Below, piece by piece: positions 48,582 through 56,305 of a stretch of DNA of 64,000 bases; position 1 is the stretch's first letter, and every line of letters starts with the position of its first letter. The stretch is from Eubacteriales bacterium. Lineage in GTDB: Bacteria; Bacillota; Clostridia; Oscillospirales; SIG627. The position numbers were made by a program, and so were the translations under genes. Below the pieces are notes generated by a model, which did no database searches, had not been told where the DNA came from, and saw only the letters and a program-made list of their open reading frames with translations. The DNA lies in the NCBI GenBank assembly GCA_045655865.1, contig JAZOQB010000011.1, forward strand, positions 12,127 through 76,126. The letters are read 5' to 3'.

Positions 48582-49870
48582 TCAGCCGATGTACTCTTTT
48601 CCGCCCATATAGGGACGAAGAGCCTTGGGGATCTTCACGCGGAATTTTCCGTCTTCCTGAACCAGATTGTTCTCCAGGAAGGCAATGAGCATGCGGGGGG
48701 GAGCTACCACGGTGTTATTGAGGGTGTGAGCGAAGTACTTTCTTCCGTCCTCTCCCTTGACCCGGATCCCCAGGCGGCGGGCCTGGGCGTCACCCAGGTT
48801 AGAGCAGGAGCAGACCTCGAAATATTTTTCCAGACGGGGGCTCCAGGCCTCCACGTCGTAGCTTTTCACCTTCAGATCCGCCAGATCTCCCGAGCAGCAC
48901 TCAGGGTGCGCACAGGCACGTCCAGACTGCGGAAAAGCTCTACGGAGTAGCTCCACATCTTATGGAACCAATCCATGCTCTCCTCGGGGCGGCAGACCAC
49001 CACCATTTCCTGCTTTTCAAACTGGTGGATGCGGTAAATGCCTCGTTCCTCGATGCCGTGGGCTCCCTTTTCCTTGCGGAAGCAGGGGGAGTAGCTGGTC
49101 ATGGTGAGCGGCAAGTCGGATTCGGGGGTCATGGTGTTGATAAACTTTCCGATCATGGAATGTTCGCTGGTTCCGATCAGATACAGGTCTTCCCCTTCGA
49201 TCTTGTACATCATGGCGTCCATTTCTTCAAAGCTCATAACGCCGGTAACCACCTCAGAGCGGATCATGAAGGGGGGGATAAAATAGGTAAAGCCTTTGTC
49301 GATCATAAAGTCCCGGGCGTAGGCGGTAACGGCGCTGTGGAGCCGGGCAATGTCCCCGGAAAGGTAATAAAAGCCCTCTCCGGCCACTCTTCCTGCCGCT
49401 TCCTTGTCGATGCCGTTAAAGTAGGCCATGATCTCCGTGTGATAGGGGATCTCAAAGTCGACTCGGGTCTTCTCCCCGAAGCACTCCACCTCTACGTTTT
49501 CCTCGTCGTTTTTCCCGATGGGAACGCTCTGGTCGATGATGTTGGGGATCTTCATGAGCTTTTCTTTCAGCTCTGCCGAAAGGCGGCTTTCTGCCTCTTC
49601 CAATTCCTTCAGTTCCTGGGCCTGGGCGTTGACCTGGGCCTTGGCCGCTTCCGCTTCCTCCCGGGCTCCTTTTGCCATGAGAGCGCCGATTTGCTTGGAG
49701 ATCTTGTTTCGGTTGGCCCGAAGCTCTTCTCCCCGCTTCTGTGCGGCAAGCTTTTCGTCGTAGAGGGCGATGACCTGGTCTACCAGAGGCAGTTTTTCCT
49801 CTTTGAATTTCTTTTTGATATTTTCTTTCACAAGATCCGGGTTTTCCCGGATGAATTTAATGTCCAGCAT
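48582..49870 (-). pseudogene. serS: Seryl-tRNA synthetase, reading frame broken by a 1-nt frameshift (or assembly indel) near 48899-48906
   Basis: Two track ORFs (48872-49921 and 48582-48956) together give a full-length SerRS. Frame A ends ...LDVPVRTL-SAAREIWRI*. Frame B continues ECCSGDLADLKVKSYDVEAW... One extra G after CTG would restore VPVRTLECCSGDL. Confidence 0.85.
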
Positions 49871-49890
49871 GATATCTTCCTCTTTCGTTG

Positions 49891-50787
49891 TTAAAAATTC
49901 AGCAAAAACTCTTCTCCGCAAAGAAGGGAGAGGATTTCTTCCAGGTCTTTGGAATCAAAGTATTCCAAGGTGATCTTCCCTCGTCCGGATCCGTCGTCCT
50001 TTAGGTTCACCTTGCGCCCGAGACTGGCTGAGGCGCGCTGGGAGATCTCTTTCATTTGCGCCCGGATCATTTCGCTCTGGGCCGCATCCCGGGAGATCTT
50101 CTTTGGAACTTCGCCCCCCTCCAGACGGTTTTTCACCGCCTCTTCCACCTGGCGTACGCTTAAATCTCCGTCCACGATGGCAAGGAGCATTTCTCCGATG
50201 AGAGCTTCGTCCTTTAGCGGCAAGAGGGCGCGGGCGTGACCTGCGGTGATGATCCCCTGCTTTAAAAGGCTCTGGGCTGCCGGGGGAAGGTTTAAAAGGC
50301 GCAGAGCGTTGGCAACGGCTGCCCGGCTCTTTCCCATTTGTTTTGCGGCCTCTTCCTGAGTCAGGTTATAGGCGTGCATGAGCGCGGCGTAGCCACCGGC
50401 TTCGTCGATGGGATCCAGATCCTCCCGCTGGAGGTTCTCAATGAGAGCGGCCTCTTGAGCGCTTTTTTCGTCCAGATCCTTTACGATCACGGGAAGCTCT
50501 TTCAGCCCGGCAATTCGCGATGCCCGGTAGCGCCTCTCTCCGGCGATGATCTGATACCCGGCGCCGAATTTTCGCACCAAAAGGGGCTGGATCACTCCGT
50601 GGATCCGAATGGAATCGGCCAGTTCCTTCAGCGTTTCGTCATGAAAGGTCTTGCGGTGCTGATTTTCATCGGGGTAGACCCGTTCCAGAGGAACGGTGAT
50701 GACCATTTCTTTTCCGCCGTCTTCCGTTCCGGGGGAAAAGAGAATGTCCATTCCCTTAAGCCCTCTTCCCAGGGGTTCTTTTTTCAT
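49891..50787 (-). CDS. parB: Chromosome partitioning protein ParB/Spo0J
   Basis: GRGL box, ParB box (IQPLLVR, IIAGERRYRA), HTH and a C-terminal dimerisation domain. Confidence 0.95.
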   Translation of the reverse strand: MKKEPLGRGLKGMDILFSPGTEDGGKEMVITVPLERVYPDENQHRKTFHDETLKELADSIRIHGVIQPLLVRKFGAGYQIIAGERRYRASRIAGLKELPVIVKDLDEKSAQEAALIENLQREDLDPIDEAGGYAALMHAYNLTQEEAAKQMGKSRAAVANALRLLNLPPAAQSLLKQGIITAGHARALLPLKDEALIGEMLLAIVDGDLSVRQVEEAVKNRLEGGEVPKKISRDAAQSEMIRAQMKEISQRASASLGRKVNLKDDGSGRGKITLEYFDSKDLEEILSLLCGEEFLLNF

Positions 50788-51548
50788 GCCTGTCCTCGTT
50801 TCTCCAGTTCCCGGGCGATCTCCAGGTAGGCCTGGGCGCCTTTGGAATGGCTGTCGTAATATAAAATGGGCTTTCCGTAGCTGGGTGCTTCTGATAGCCG
50901 CACGTTCCGGGGCACTGTGGTTTGGAAGATCTGGTTGGGGAAATATTTGCGGATCTCTGCCGCCACCGCCAGGGAAAGGTTCAGTCGCCCGTCGTACATG
51001 GTCAGGATCACACCGCCCAAGGAAAGTGTGGGATTATACATTTTTTTCACCAAACTCATGGTGTAGGTAAGCTGGCTTAAGCCCTCCAGGGCAAAATACT
51101 CGCACTGCATAGGTACGATGACCTCTTGTGCCGCCACAAGGCCGCTGAGAGTGAGAAGCCCAAGGCTGGGGGGACAGTCCATAATGATATAGTCAAACTC
51201 CCCGGCTTGTGCCAGGGCTTTTTTCAATATGGATTCCCTTTCCGGCAAGGAGGAAAGGGCGATCTCTGCTCCGGCCAGGTTCATGTTGGCAGGAAGACAC
51301 CAGAGCCCGGGGAAAGGGGTTTTTTGTGCCGCATCGCTCACCGACGCGCCCTCTAAAAGGACCTCATAGGTGGACAGAGACAGATTTTCTTTTTCTACGC
51401 CAACACCGCTGGAGGCGTTGCCTTGGGGATCCAGGTCCACAAGAAGAACCTTTTTTCCCAAGGAGCCAAGGCTGGCGGCCACGTTGATGGCGCTGGTGGT
51501 CTTTCCTACGCCACCCTTTTGATTTGCAAATGCAAGGATCTTTGTCAT
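50784..51548 (-). CDS. parA: Chromosome partitioning ATPase ParA/Soj
   Basis: Deviant Walker A KGGVGKTT. 254 aa. ATGA overlap with parB. Confidence 0.96.
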   Translation of the reverse strand: MTKILAFANQKGGVGKTTSAINVAASLGSLGKKVLLVDLDPQGNASSGVGVEKENLSLSTYEVLLEGASVSDAAQKTPFPGLWCLPANMNLAGAEIALSSLPERESILKKALAQAGEFDYIIMDCPPSLGLLTLSGLVAAQEVIVPMQCEYFALEGLSQLTYTMSLVKKMYNPTLSLGGVILTMYDGRLNLSLAVAAEIRKYFPNQIFQTTVPRNVRLSEAPSYGKPILYYDSHSKGAQAYLEIARELEKRGQA

Positions 51549-51579
51549 GCCGCGATTTCTCCATCAAGTTTCTCGCCTC

Positions 51580-51608
51580 ATTATAACGAAAAAAGCCTCC
51601 TTTGTCAA
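51580..51608 (-). promoter_or_regulatory. Consensus sigma-A promoter of parA-parB
   Basis: On the minus strand: TTGACA (51608-51603), 17-nt spacer, TATAAT (51585-51580). Confidence 0.7.
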
Positions 51609-51666
51609 TGGCAAACCCCCGGGATGGGAGCGAAAATCCCAAGGGTGTGACCAAAGCCCCGGGGAA

Positions 51667-51682
51667 TGTTTCACGTGAAACA
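51667..51682. other. parS: parS site (perfect palindrome)
   Basis: TGTTTCACGTGAAACA, an exact 16-bp palindrome matching the Firmicute parS consensus. Confidence 0.9.
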
Positions 51683-51695
51683 AAAGGCATGGGCG

Positions 51696-51740
51696 GCAAA
51701 ACAAAAACGGTTACCAAGATCTTTTTGGCAACCGTTTGTT
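51696..51740 (-). terminator. Rho-independent terminator of noc
   Basis: 11-bp stem (one mismatch) AAACGGTTGCC/GGTAACCGTTT, followed by TTTTGTTTT on the minus strand. Confidence 0.75.
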
Positions 51741-51778
51741 CTCGGGACTGTTTTTGATCGGGAGGATCGGAGAGGGAA

Positions 51779-51794
51779 TGTTTCACGTGAAACA
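51779..51794. other. parS: parS site (perfect palindrome)
   Basis: A second exact TGTTTCACGTGAAACA, 2 nt from the noc stop codon. Confidence 0.9.
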
Positions 51795-51796
51795 TT

Positions 51797-52630
51797 TTAC
51801 TCCTTGCTGTATTTGGGAATGCGGATGGAATAGGAAATATAGCTCCCCTCCTCCTGTTTTTCCGCTTCAATGGAAAACCCGGCTTCCCGAATGGAGAAGA
51901 TCGCCCGGTCCACGGAGTTGACGAAAAGCCGCACGTCCTTTACCAGTAGTCTTCGCACGGGCTTGGGGCGCATCTTCTCTTTATGTTGCAGGGAGATCAT
52001 GAAATCGTCGGGACGGTCCAGAAGGGCGTCTACAAAGGTCTCGGTCTGGCGGACGTTGTAGCCTTTTTCCACAATGTACCGCAGGGCAAACAGGCGCATG
52101 GCCCCGTCTTGGATCCGGACCAGAGCCCGGGCGTGCCGGTAGCTTAAGGCGTTTTCCAAAATAAGGATCCTCTCCTCGGAGGTAAGCCTTAAGATGCGAA
52201 GCTTATTGGCAATGGTGCTCTGACTCTGACCTAGCCGTTCCGCCAGCTCGGTCTGGGTGTAATGAAAGTTTTTCAGGAGACGATCGATGGCGGTAGCTTC
52301 TTCGAACAGGTCCAGATCCTCCCGGATCAGATTTTCGATCAGGGCCAGTTCCGCTCCGATCTTGGGAGAGACCTCCGCCACCCGGCAAGGCACCGTTTCC
52401 AGATCCAGCATTTTTGCCGCCCGAAGACGCCGCTCCCCGATGAGAAGCTCGTATTCTCCGCCCTTTTCCCGCACCGTGATGGGAGAGAGCATTCCGTAAC
52501 GGGAGATGCTTTGGGCCAGGCGATGCATTTCCTCCCCGGAAAAGTTTTTCCGCGCTTGCCATGGATTGGGATAGATCTTGTCCGGCGGCAAAAAACAGAT
52601 GTTTTCCGGTTTCTTTTTTCGTTTCCACAT
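51797..52630 (-). CDS. noc: Noc-like ParB paralog (nucleoid occlusion protein)
   Basis: ParB N-terminal domain (LSPITVR, LLIGERRLRAA) plus HTH. It occupies the position upstream of parA-parB as in Firmicutes. Confidence 0.85.
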   Translation of the reverse strand: MWKRKKKPENICFLPPDKIYPNPWQARKNFSGEEMHRLAQSISRYGMLSPITVREKGGEYELLIGERRLRAAKMLDLETVPCRVAEVSPKIGAELALIENLIREDLDLFEEATAIDRLLKNFHYTQTELAERLGQSQSTIANKLRILRLTSEERILILENALSYRHARALVRIQDGAMRLFALRYIVEKGYNVRQTETFVDALLDRPDDFMISLQHKEKMRPKPVRRLLVKDVRLFVNSVDRAIFSIREAGFSIEAEKQEEGSYISYSIRIPKYSKE

Positions 52631-52778
52631 AAAAATTCGCTCCTTTCCCCAATAGGATACAAATTTTTACCTGCAAATTTTGCCAAAAGCTGTTGTCGTG
52701 TTTTGTCTGTTTTCCTCGAGAAAGCTCCCTTTTTTTCCAAGGGTGACAAAAGGTGGGGTCGCTGTGGGAGAAATGTCA

Positions 52779-52807
52779 TTGACCGACAGAGATTTTTGTG
52801 ATAGAAT
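52779..52807 (+). promoter_or_regulatory. Candidate promoter of the DnaD-like/DnaI operon
   Basis: TTGACC, 17-nt spacer, TGaTAGAAT. Confidence 0.55.
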
Positions 52808-52840
52808 ACTCTTGGAAACTTGTCCGATGAAGGAGACAGT

Positions 52841-53830
52841 ATGACCTACCGATTTGCAAAAAGCTACCCTGACGGCCTTTTGATGCTGCCGGGGGAGATT
52901 CTGGAAAAAATAGAAGACGTCAGCGAAACGGAATTGAAGATCCTTTTGATTGCAGCCCGGAGCCTTTCCAGGGGTGGCGCGGAGGAAGAGGAGTTGTGCG
53001 CGGCCCTGGAGGAAAACTATCCTCGGGAGACGGTGCTTTCCGCCCTTGCCTTTTGGCGGGGACGGGGGGTGCTGAAAAGCGACGCCCGCCGCGGAGAGAC
53101 CCGTAAAGCCGTGCCTAAGACGCCCCTTCCGGAACAGCCCGTCCCGGACCCGGCACCGGCAAAAAAAGAGATCGATGCGGACGAGCTGCCCTTTTATTCC
53201 GCTCAGGACCTGGCAGACGCCACCCGGCGTCATCCTGCCTTTCAGGCGCTGGTCTCTTTTGCCGAGGAACGGCTGGAGACGGTGCTCAATCCCAGCGGTC
53301 TGGGTCGGCTCTACGCTTTTGTGGATTATTTGAAAATGCCCACGGACGTGATCATGCTGGTGATCGAGGACTGCGTCTCCCGGGACAAGAAAAGCCTTCG
53401 GTACATTACGAAAATGCTCACCTCCTTCCAGGACGAGGGGATCGACACCTATGAAAAGGCAGAGGCCTTTTTCGTGTCCCGCAAAGAGAGCACTCTTTAC
53501 GAAAAACACGTCCGGACTCTTTTTGGCCTGGGAGATCGAAAGCTTTCCAAGGCGGAGGGAGAAATGGTGGAGACCTGGCGCCGTAGCTTTCAGTTTGGCC
53601 GGGAGATGCTGGACGCCGCCTATGAAAAAACGGTGGCTTCCGCGAAGACCCCTTCCATAAAATATATGCATAAAATTTTGGAGAGTTGGTATCTTGCCGG
53701 TGCCACCACGCCCCAGGAAGCGGAAAAGAGCACGCAAAAGGGCCGGAGAGAAGAAGAAAAGGCGGAAAAAAGCTTTGACGCCCAGGAATTTTTCCAACAG
53801 GCGGTCTCCAAGGGAAGAAAAAATCTGTAA
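52841..53830 (+). CDS. DnaD-domain replication initiation protein (DnaD/DnaB-like)
   Basis: Two DnaD-type C-terminal repeats (YITKMLTSFQDEGIDT and YMHKILESWYLAGATTPQEA). AAGGAG SD at ATG 52841. Confidence 0.8.
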   Translation: MTYRFAKSYPDGLLMLPGEILEKIEDVSETELKILLIAARSLSRGGAEEEELCAALEENYPRETVLSALAFWRGRGVLKSDARRGETRKAVPKTPLPEQPVPDPAPAKKEIDADELPFYSAQDLADATRRHPAFQALVSFAEERLETVLNPSGLGRLYAFVDYLKMPTDVIMLVIEDCVSRDKKSLRYITKMLTSFQDEGIDTYEKAEAFFVSRKESTLYEKHVRTLFGLGDRKLSKAEGEMVETWRRSFQFGREMLDAAYEKTVASAKTPSIKYMHKILESWYLAGATTPQEAEKSTQKGRREEEKAEKSFDAQEFFQQAVSKGRKNL

Positions 53831-53839
53831 GAGGTTTGT

Positions 53840-54820
53840 ATGTTTGGATCGAATGTATTTCAAGAGGTAAACGACCGTTTTCAGGAGCGGCGTGACCGGG
53901 AAGAGGCTCTGGCCAAGGACCGCACCCTGGAGGCAGAAGGGAAAAATCCGCTTCTGAAAGAGACGGGGAAACTCATGCGCGGGATCGGTCTGCGCGTCCT
54001 TGAAATTTCCATGCAAGGCGGCCCCCGGCTTTCGGAACGGATGGAAAAGCTGAAAGCGGAACAAAAGGCGCTGGTTTTGCGCTACGGGGATCTTTTGGAA
54101 GAAATGGGCTATCCCCGTGATTATACCAAGGTTCGGCGAGTTTGCGAAAAATGCCAGGATTCCGGCTTTGCAGACGGGAAAATGTGCGCCTGCATGAAAA
54201 AAGAGGTGGTTTTGGCCGGGTATCGCAATTCCGGTGTGGGAAAGCTTTTGGAAAAACAGCGCTTTGACAATTTTGACCTATCTTTTTATTCCACCGCCCT
54301 TCTGGAGGATCAGCGTTACAGCCCTCGGGACGTGATGGCGGAGATCCTCGGCCGTTGCCGGGAATATGCGGATACCTTTTCCACCGACTCCCCTTCCCTT
54401 CTCTTTATTGGGGGAACGGGTCTGGGGAAGACCCATCTGTCCAGCGCCATTGCAGGAAAGGTGATCGAAAAGGGATTTGACGTGGTGTACGAGACCGCCT
54501 CGGGCGCCGCCGCCATCTTTGAAAAAGAGCGTTTCCGTTCGGAAGAAGAGGCCAGTGGCACTGCCCGTCTGTTTGACGCGGAGCTTTTGATCTTGGATGA
54601 TCTGGGGACCGAGCCGGTTACCGGCGCCACCTCTTCGGCCATCTATCGCTTGATCAATCATCGGGCGTCCATTTTGGGAAAGCCCACCATCATCAGCACC
54701 AATTTAAGCTACCGTCAGCTGGAGAAGCAGTACGATACGGCGACCCTTTCCCGATTGCTGGGAGAATTTGAAGTCAAGCTCTTTCAGGGCTCTGACATTC
54801 GCATGGCAAAGCTAAAGTAA
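53840..54820 (+). CDS. dnaI: DnaI/DnaC-like helicase loader ATPase
   Basis: N-terminal Cys cluster (CEKCQDSG...CAC), AAA+ Walker A GGTGLGKTHL and Walker B LLILDDLG. Confidence 0.85.
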   Translation: MFGSNVFQEVNDRFQERRDREEALAKDRTLEAEGKNPLLKETGKLMRGIGLRVLEISMQGGPRLSERMEKLKAEQKALVLRYGDLLEEMGYPRDYTKVRRVCEKCQDSGFADGKMCACMKKEVVLAGYRNSGVGKLLEKQRFDNFDLSFYSTALLEDQRYSPRDVMAEILGRCREYADTFSTDSPSLLFIGGTGLGKTHLSSAIAGKVIEKGFDVVYETASGAAAIFEKERFRSEEEASGTARLFDAELLILDDLGTEPVTGATSSAIYRLINHRASILGKPTIISTNLSYRQLEKQYDTATLSRLLGEFEVKLFQGSDIRMAKLK

Positions 54821-54874
54821 AAGCGTGGGCGCGGTGTGCCGGTGGCATGCCGCGCCCAAAAAGCAGGGCTTCTT

Positions 54875-54908
54875 CCAAGAGGCACGGTTGCCCCAAGAGG
54901 CACGGTTT
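54875..54908 (+). repeat. Tandem direct repeat, 2 x CCAAGAGGCACGGTT with an 18-bp period
   Basis: Exact 15-mers at 54875-54889 and 54893-54907, lying 40-75 bp upstream of the infC promoter -35. Confidence 0.9.
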
Positions 54909-54948
54909 TCCTTTGAAAAAATTTTCCAATAAAATTTTCGCATATCTC

Positions 54949-54977
54949 TTGACAAATCCCGACGGCTCTGGTAAAAT
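54949..54977 (+). promoter_or_regulatory. Sigma-A promoter of infC-rpmI-rplT
   Basis: TTGACA, 17-nt spacer, TGgTAAAAT. Confidence 0.7.
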
Positions 54978-54983
54978 GGTCGG

Positions 54984-55100
54984 GCGAAAAAGAAGTAGAA
55001 CGATCCCGTTCTCACCTGCCGGCAAAGCCAGGCAGTGTTGATAGATTGCCTGTTTGGGCGAATTTGTGCGGGGGAGTTCTCTCGCATTTTTTATTTTTGA
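54984..55100 (+). promoter_or_regulatory. infC operon leader with alternative hairpins and an intrinsic terminator (L20-leader-like attenuator)
   Basis: Mutually exclusive stems CTGCC/GGCAG and CAGGCA/TGCCTG are present. A terminator hairpin TGCGGGG-GAGTTC-TCTCGCA (55067-55086) is followed by TTTTTTATTTTT, just before the infC SD. Confidence 0.5.
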
Positions 55101-55119
55101 TTTTTGGAGGTGCTTTCAC

Positions 55120-55641
55120 ATAGCCGCAAAGGAAATGACCATCAATGAGAAAATCAAGGCCCCCGAGGTAAGAGTCATTGCTTCGGACGGTAGCCAGCTT
55201 GGCGTGATGAAGACCGCCCGCGCCCTGGAGATGGCCTATGATCAGGGCATGGATCTGGTGGAAATGAACGCCAGCGGTCCCACTCCCGTTTGCAAGATCA
55301 TGGATTACGGCAAATACCGTTTTGATCGCAGCAAGAAGGAAAAGGAATCCCGCAAAAAGCAGGTGACCGTAGAGGTAAAGGAGATCAAGTTTTCCTGCCG
55401 CATCGGCCAGCATGATTTTGACACGAAGATTTCCCACGCACGCCGCTTTCTCACCGGGGGCAACAAAGTGAAGATGACCATTGTGTTCTCCGGCCGTGAA
55501 ATGAACAACACCCAGCGCGGTGTCGACCTGATGGAACAGATCGCCAAGGTGGTGGAGGAAGTGGGGACCGTGGAAAAGAAGCCCCATTTGGAAGGTCGTT
55601 TTATGACAATGTTTGTTGCACCTAAAAAAAATAATCAGTAA
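55120..55641 (+). CDS. infC: Translation initiation factor IF-3
   Basis: INEKIKAPEVRVI...KIMDYGKY...KEIKF is typical IF-3. The proposed start is non-canonical ATA 55120, 7 nt after GGAGGTG. The alternative is ATG 55135, which has a poorly spaced SD. Confidence 0.93.
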   Translation: MAAKEMTINEKIKAPEVRVIASDGSQLGVMKTARALEMAYDQGMDLVEMNASGPTPVCKIMDYGKYRFDRSKKEKESRKKQVTVEVKEIKFSCRIGQHDFDTKISHARRFLTGGNKVKMTIVFSGREMNNTQRGVDLMEQIAKVVEEVGTVEKKPHLEGRFMTMFVAPKKNNQ

Positions 55642-55656
55642 AGGAAGAGTAGAGAC

Positions 55657-55854
55657 ATGGCAAAGATCCGTACGCACAAGGCGTCCGCCAAACGGTTTTC
55701 CGTTACCAAAAACGGTAAAGTGAAAATGACCCAGCAGGGCCGCAGACACCAGGTTCACCTGAAGACCACCAAGCGCAAGAGAGCGCTGCGCAAAGCCGCT
55801 TATATTTCGGATTGCAACGCGAAGAACATTAAAAAGCTCATTCCCTACGCATAA
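55657..55854 (+). CDS. rpmI: 50S ribosomal protein L35
   Basis: MAKIRTHKASAKRF..., 65 aa. Confidence 0.97.
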   Translation: MAKIRTHKASAKRFSVTKNGKVKMTQQGRRHQVHLKTTKRKRALRKAAYISDCNAKNIKKLIPYA

Positions 55855-55905
55855 ATTCAGGGAAAATCAAAGAAAGGATAAGCGTTTTGAACGCAGAGTG
55901 TTTCT

Positions 55906-56259
55906 ATGGCAAGAATTAAATTTGCAAAAGTGACCCGTGCAAGAAGAAAGAAAGTTTTGAAGGCCGCAAAAGGCTATTGGGGTGCCAAGAGCAAGCATTT
56001 TAAGATGGCCAAACAGGCCGTGATGAAGAGCGGAAACTACGCATTCATCGGCAGAAAGGCCAAGAAGAGAGATTTTCGCAAGCTCTGGATCACCAGAATT
56101 TCCGCTCAGGCTAAGGTGTGTGGAATGAACTACTCCACCTTCATGAACGGACTGAAAAAGGCAGGGATCACCCTGAACCGCAAAATGCTCGCTGATCTTG
56201 CAGTGAACGACAAAGCCGCTTTCGCCGCTCTGGTGGAGAAAGCCAAGGCAGCAAAATAA
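55906..56259 (+). CDS. rplT: 50S ribosomal protein L20
   Basis: [28 protein letters not shown]..., 117 aa. Confidence 0.97.
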   Translation: MARIKFAKVTRARRKKVLKAAKGYWGAKSKHFKMAKQAVMKSGNYAFIGRKAKKRDFRKLWITRISAQAKVCGMNYSTFMNGLKKAGITLNRKMLADLAVNDKAAFAALVEKAKAAK

Positions 56260-56265
56260 GTAAGG

Positions 56266-56302
56266 AAGATCCTGCAAGTGATTGCAGGATCTTTTTGCTT
56301 TT
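56266..56302 (+). terminator. Rho-independent terminator of rplT
   Basis: 12-bp stem AAGATCCTGCAA/TTGCAGGATCTT, GTGA loop, T-run. Confidence 0.9.
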
Positions 56303-56305
56303 CTC

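Noticed and set aside
48895-48910. Programmed -1 ribosomal frameshift in serS.
   Set aside because: There is no slippery X XXY YYZ heptamer at the shift site and no obvious downstream pseudoknot. A single-base indel is the simpler explanation.
52667-54064. 465-aa minus-strand ORF, the longest unassigned ORF in the track.
   Set aside because: It is fully antisense to the DnaD-like and DnaI genes, whose products have clear family motifs. It has no SD, its composition is low-complexity and Arg/Gly/Pro/Leu-rich, typical of antisense frames in GC-rich DNA, and it contains no recognisable domain.
54827-54857. Strong GC hairpin (GGGCGCGG...CCGCGCCC) right after dnaI, considered as a terminator.
   Set aside because: On the plus strand it is followed by AAAAAG rather than a U-tract, and no minus-strand gene needs it. 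It may still pause or terminate transcription, but it does not meet intrinsic-terminator criteria.
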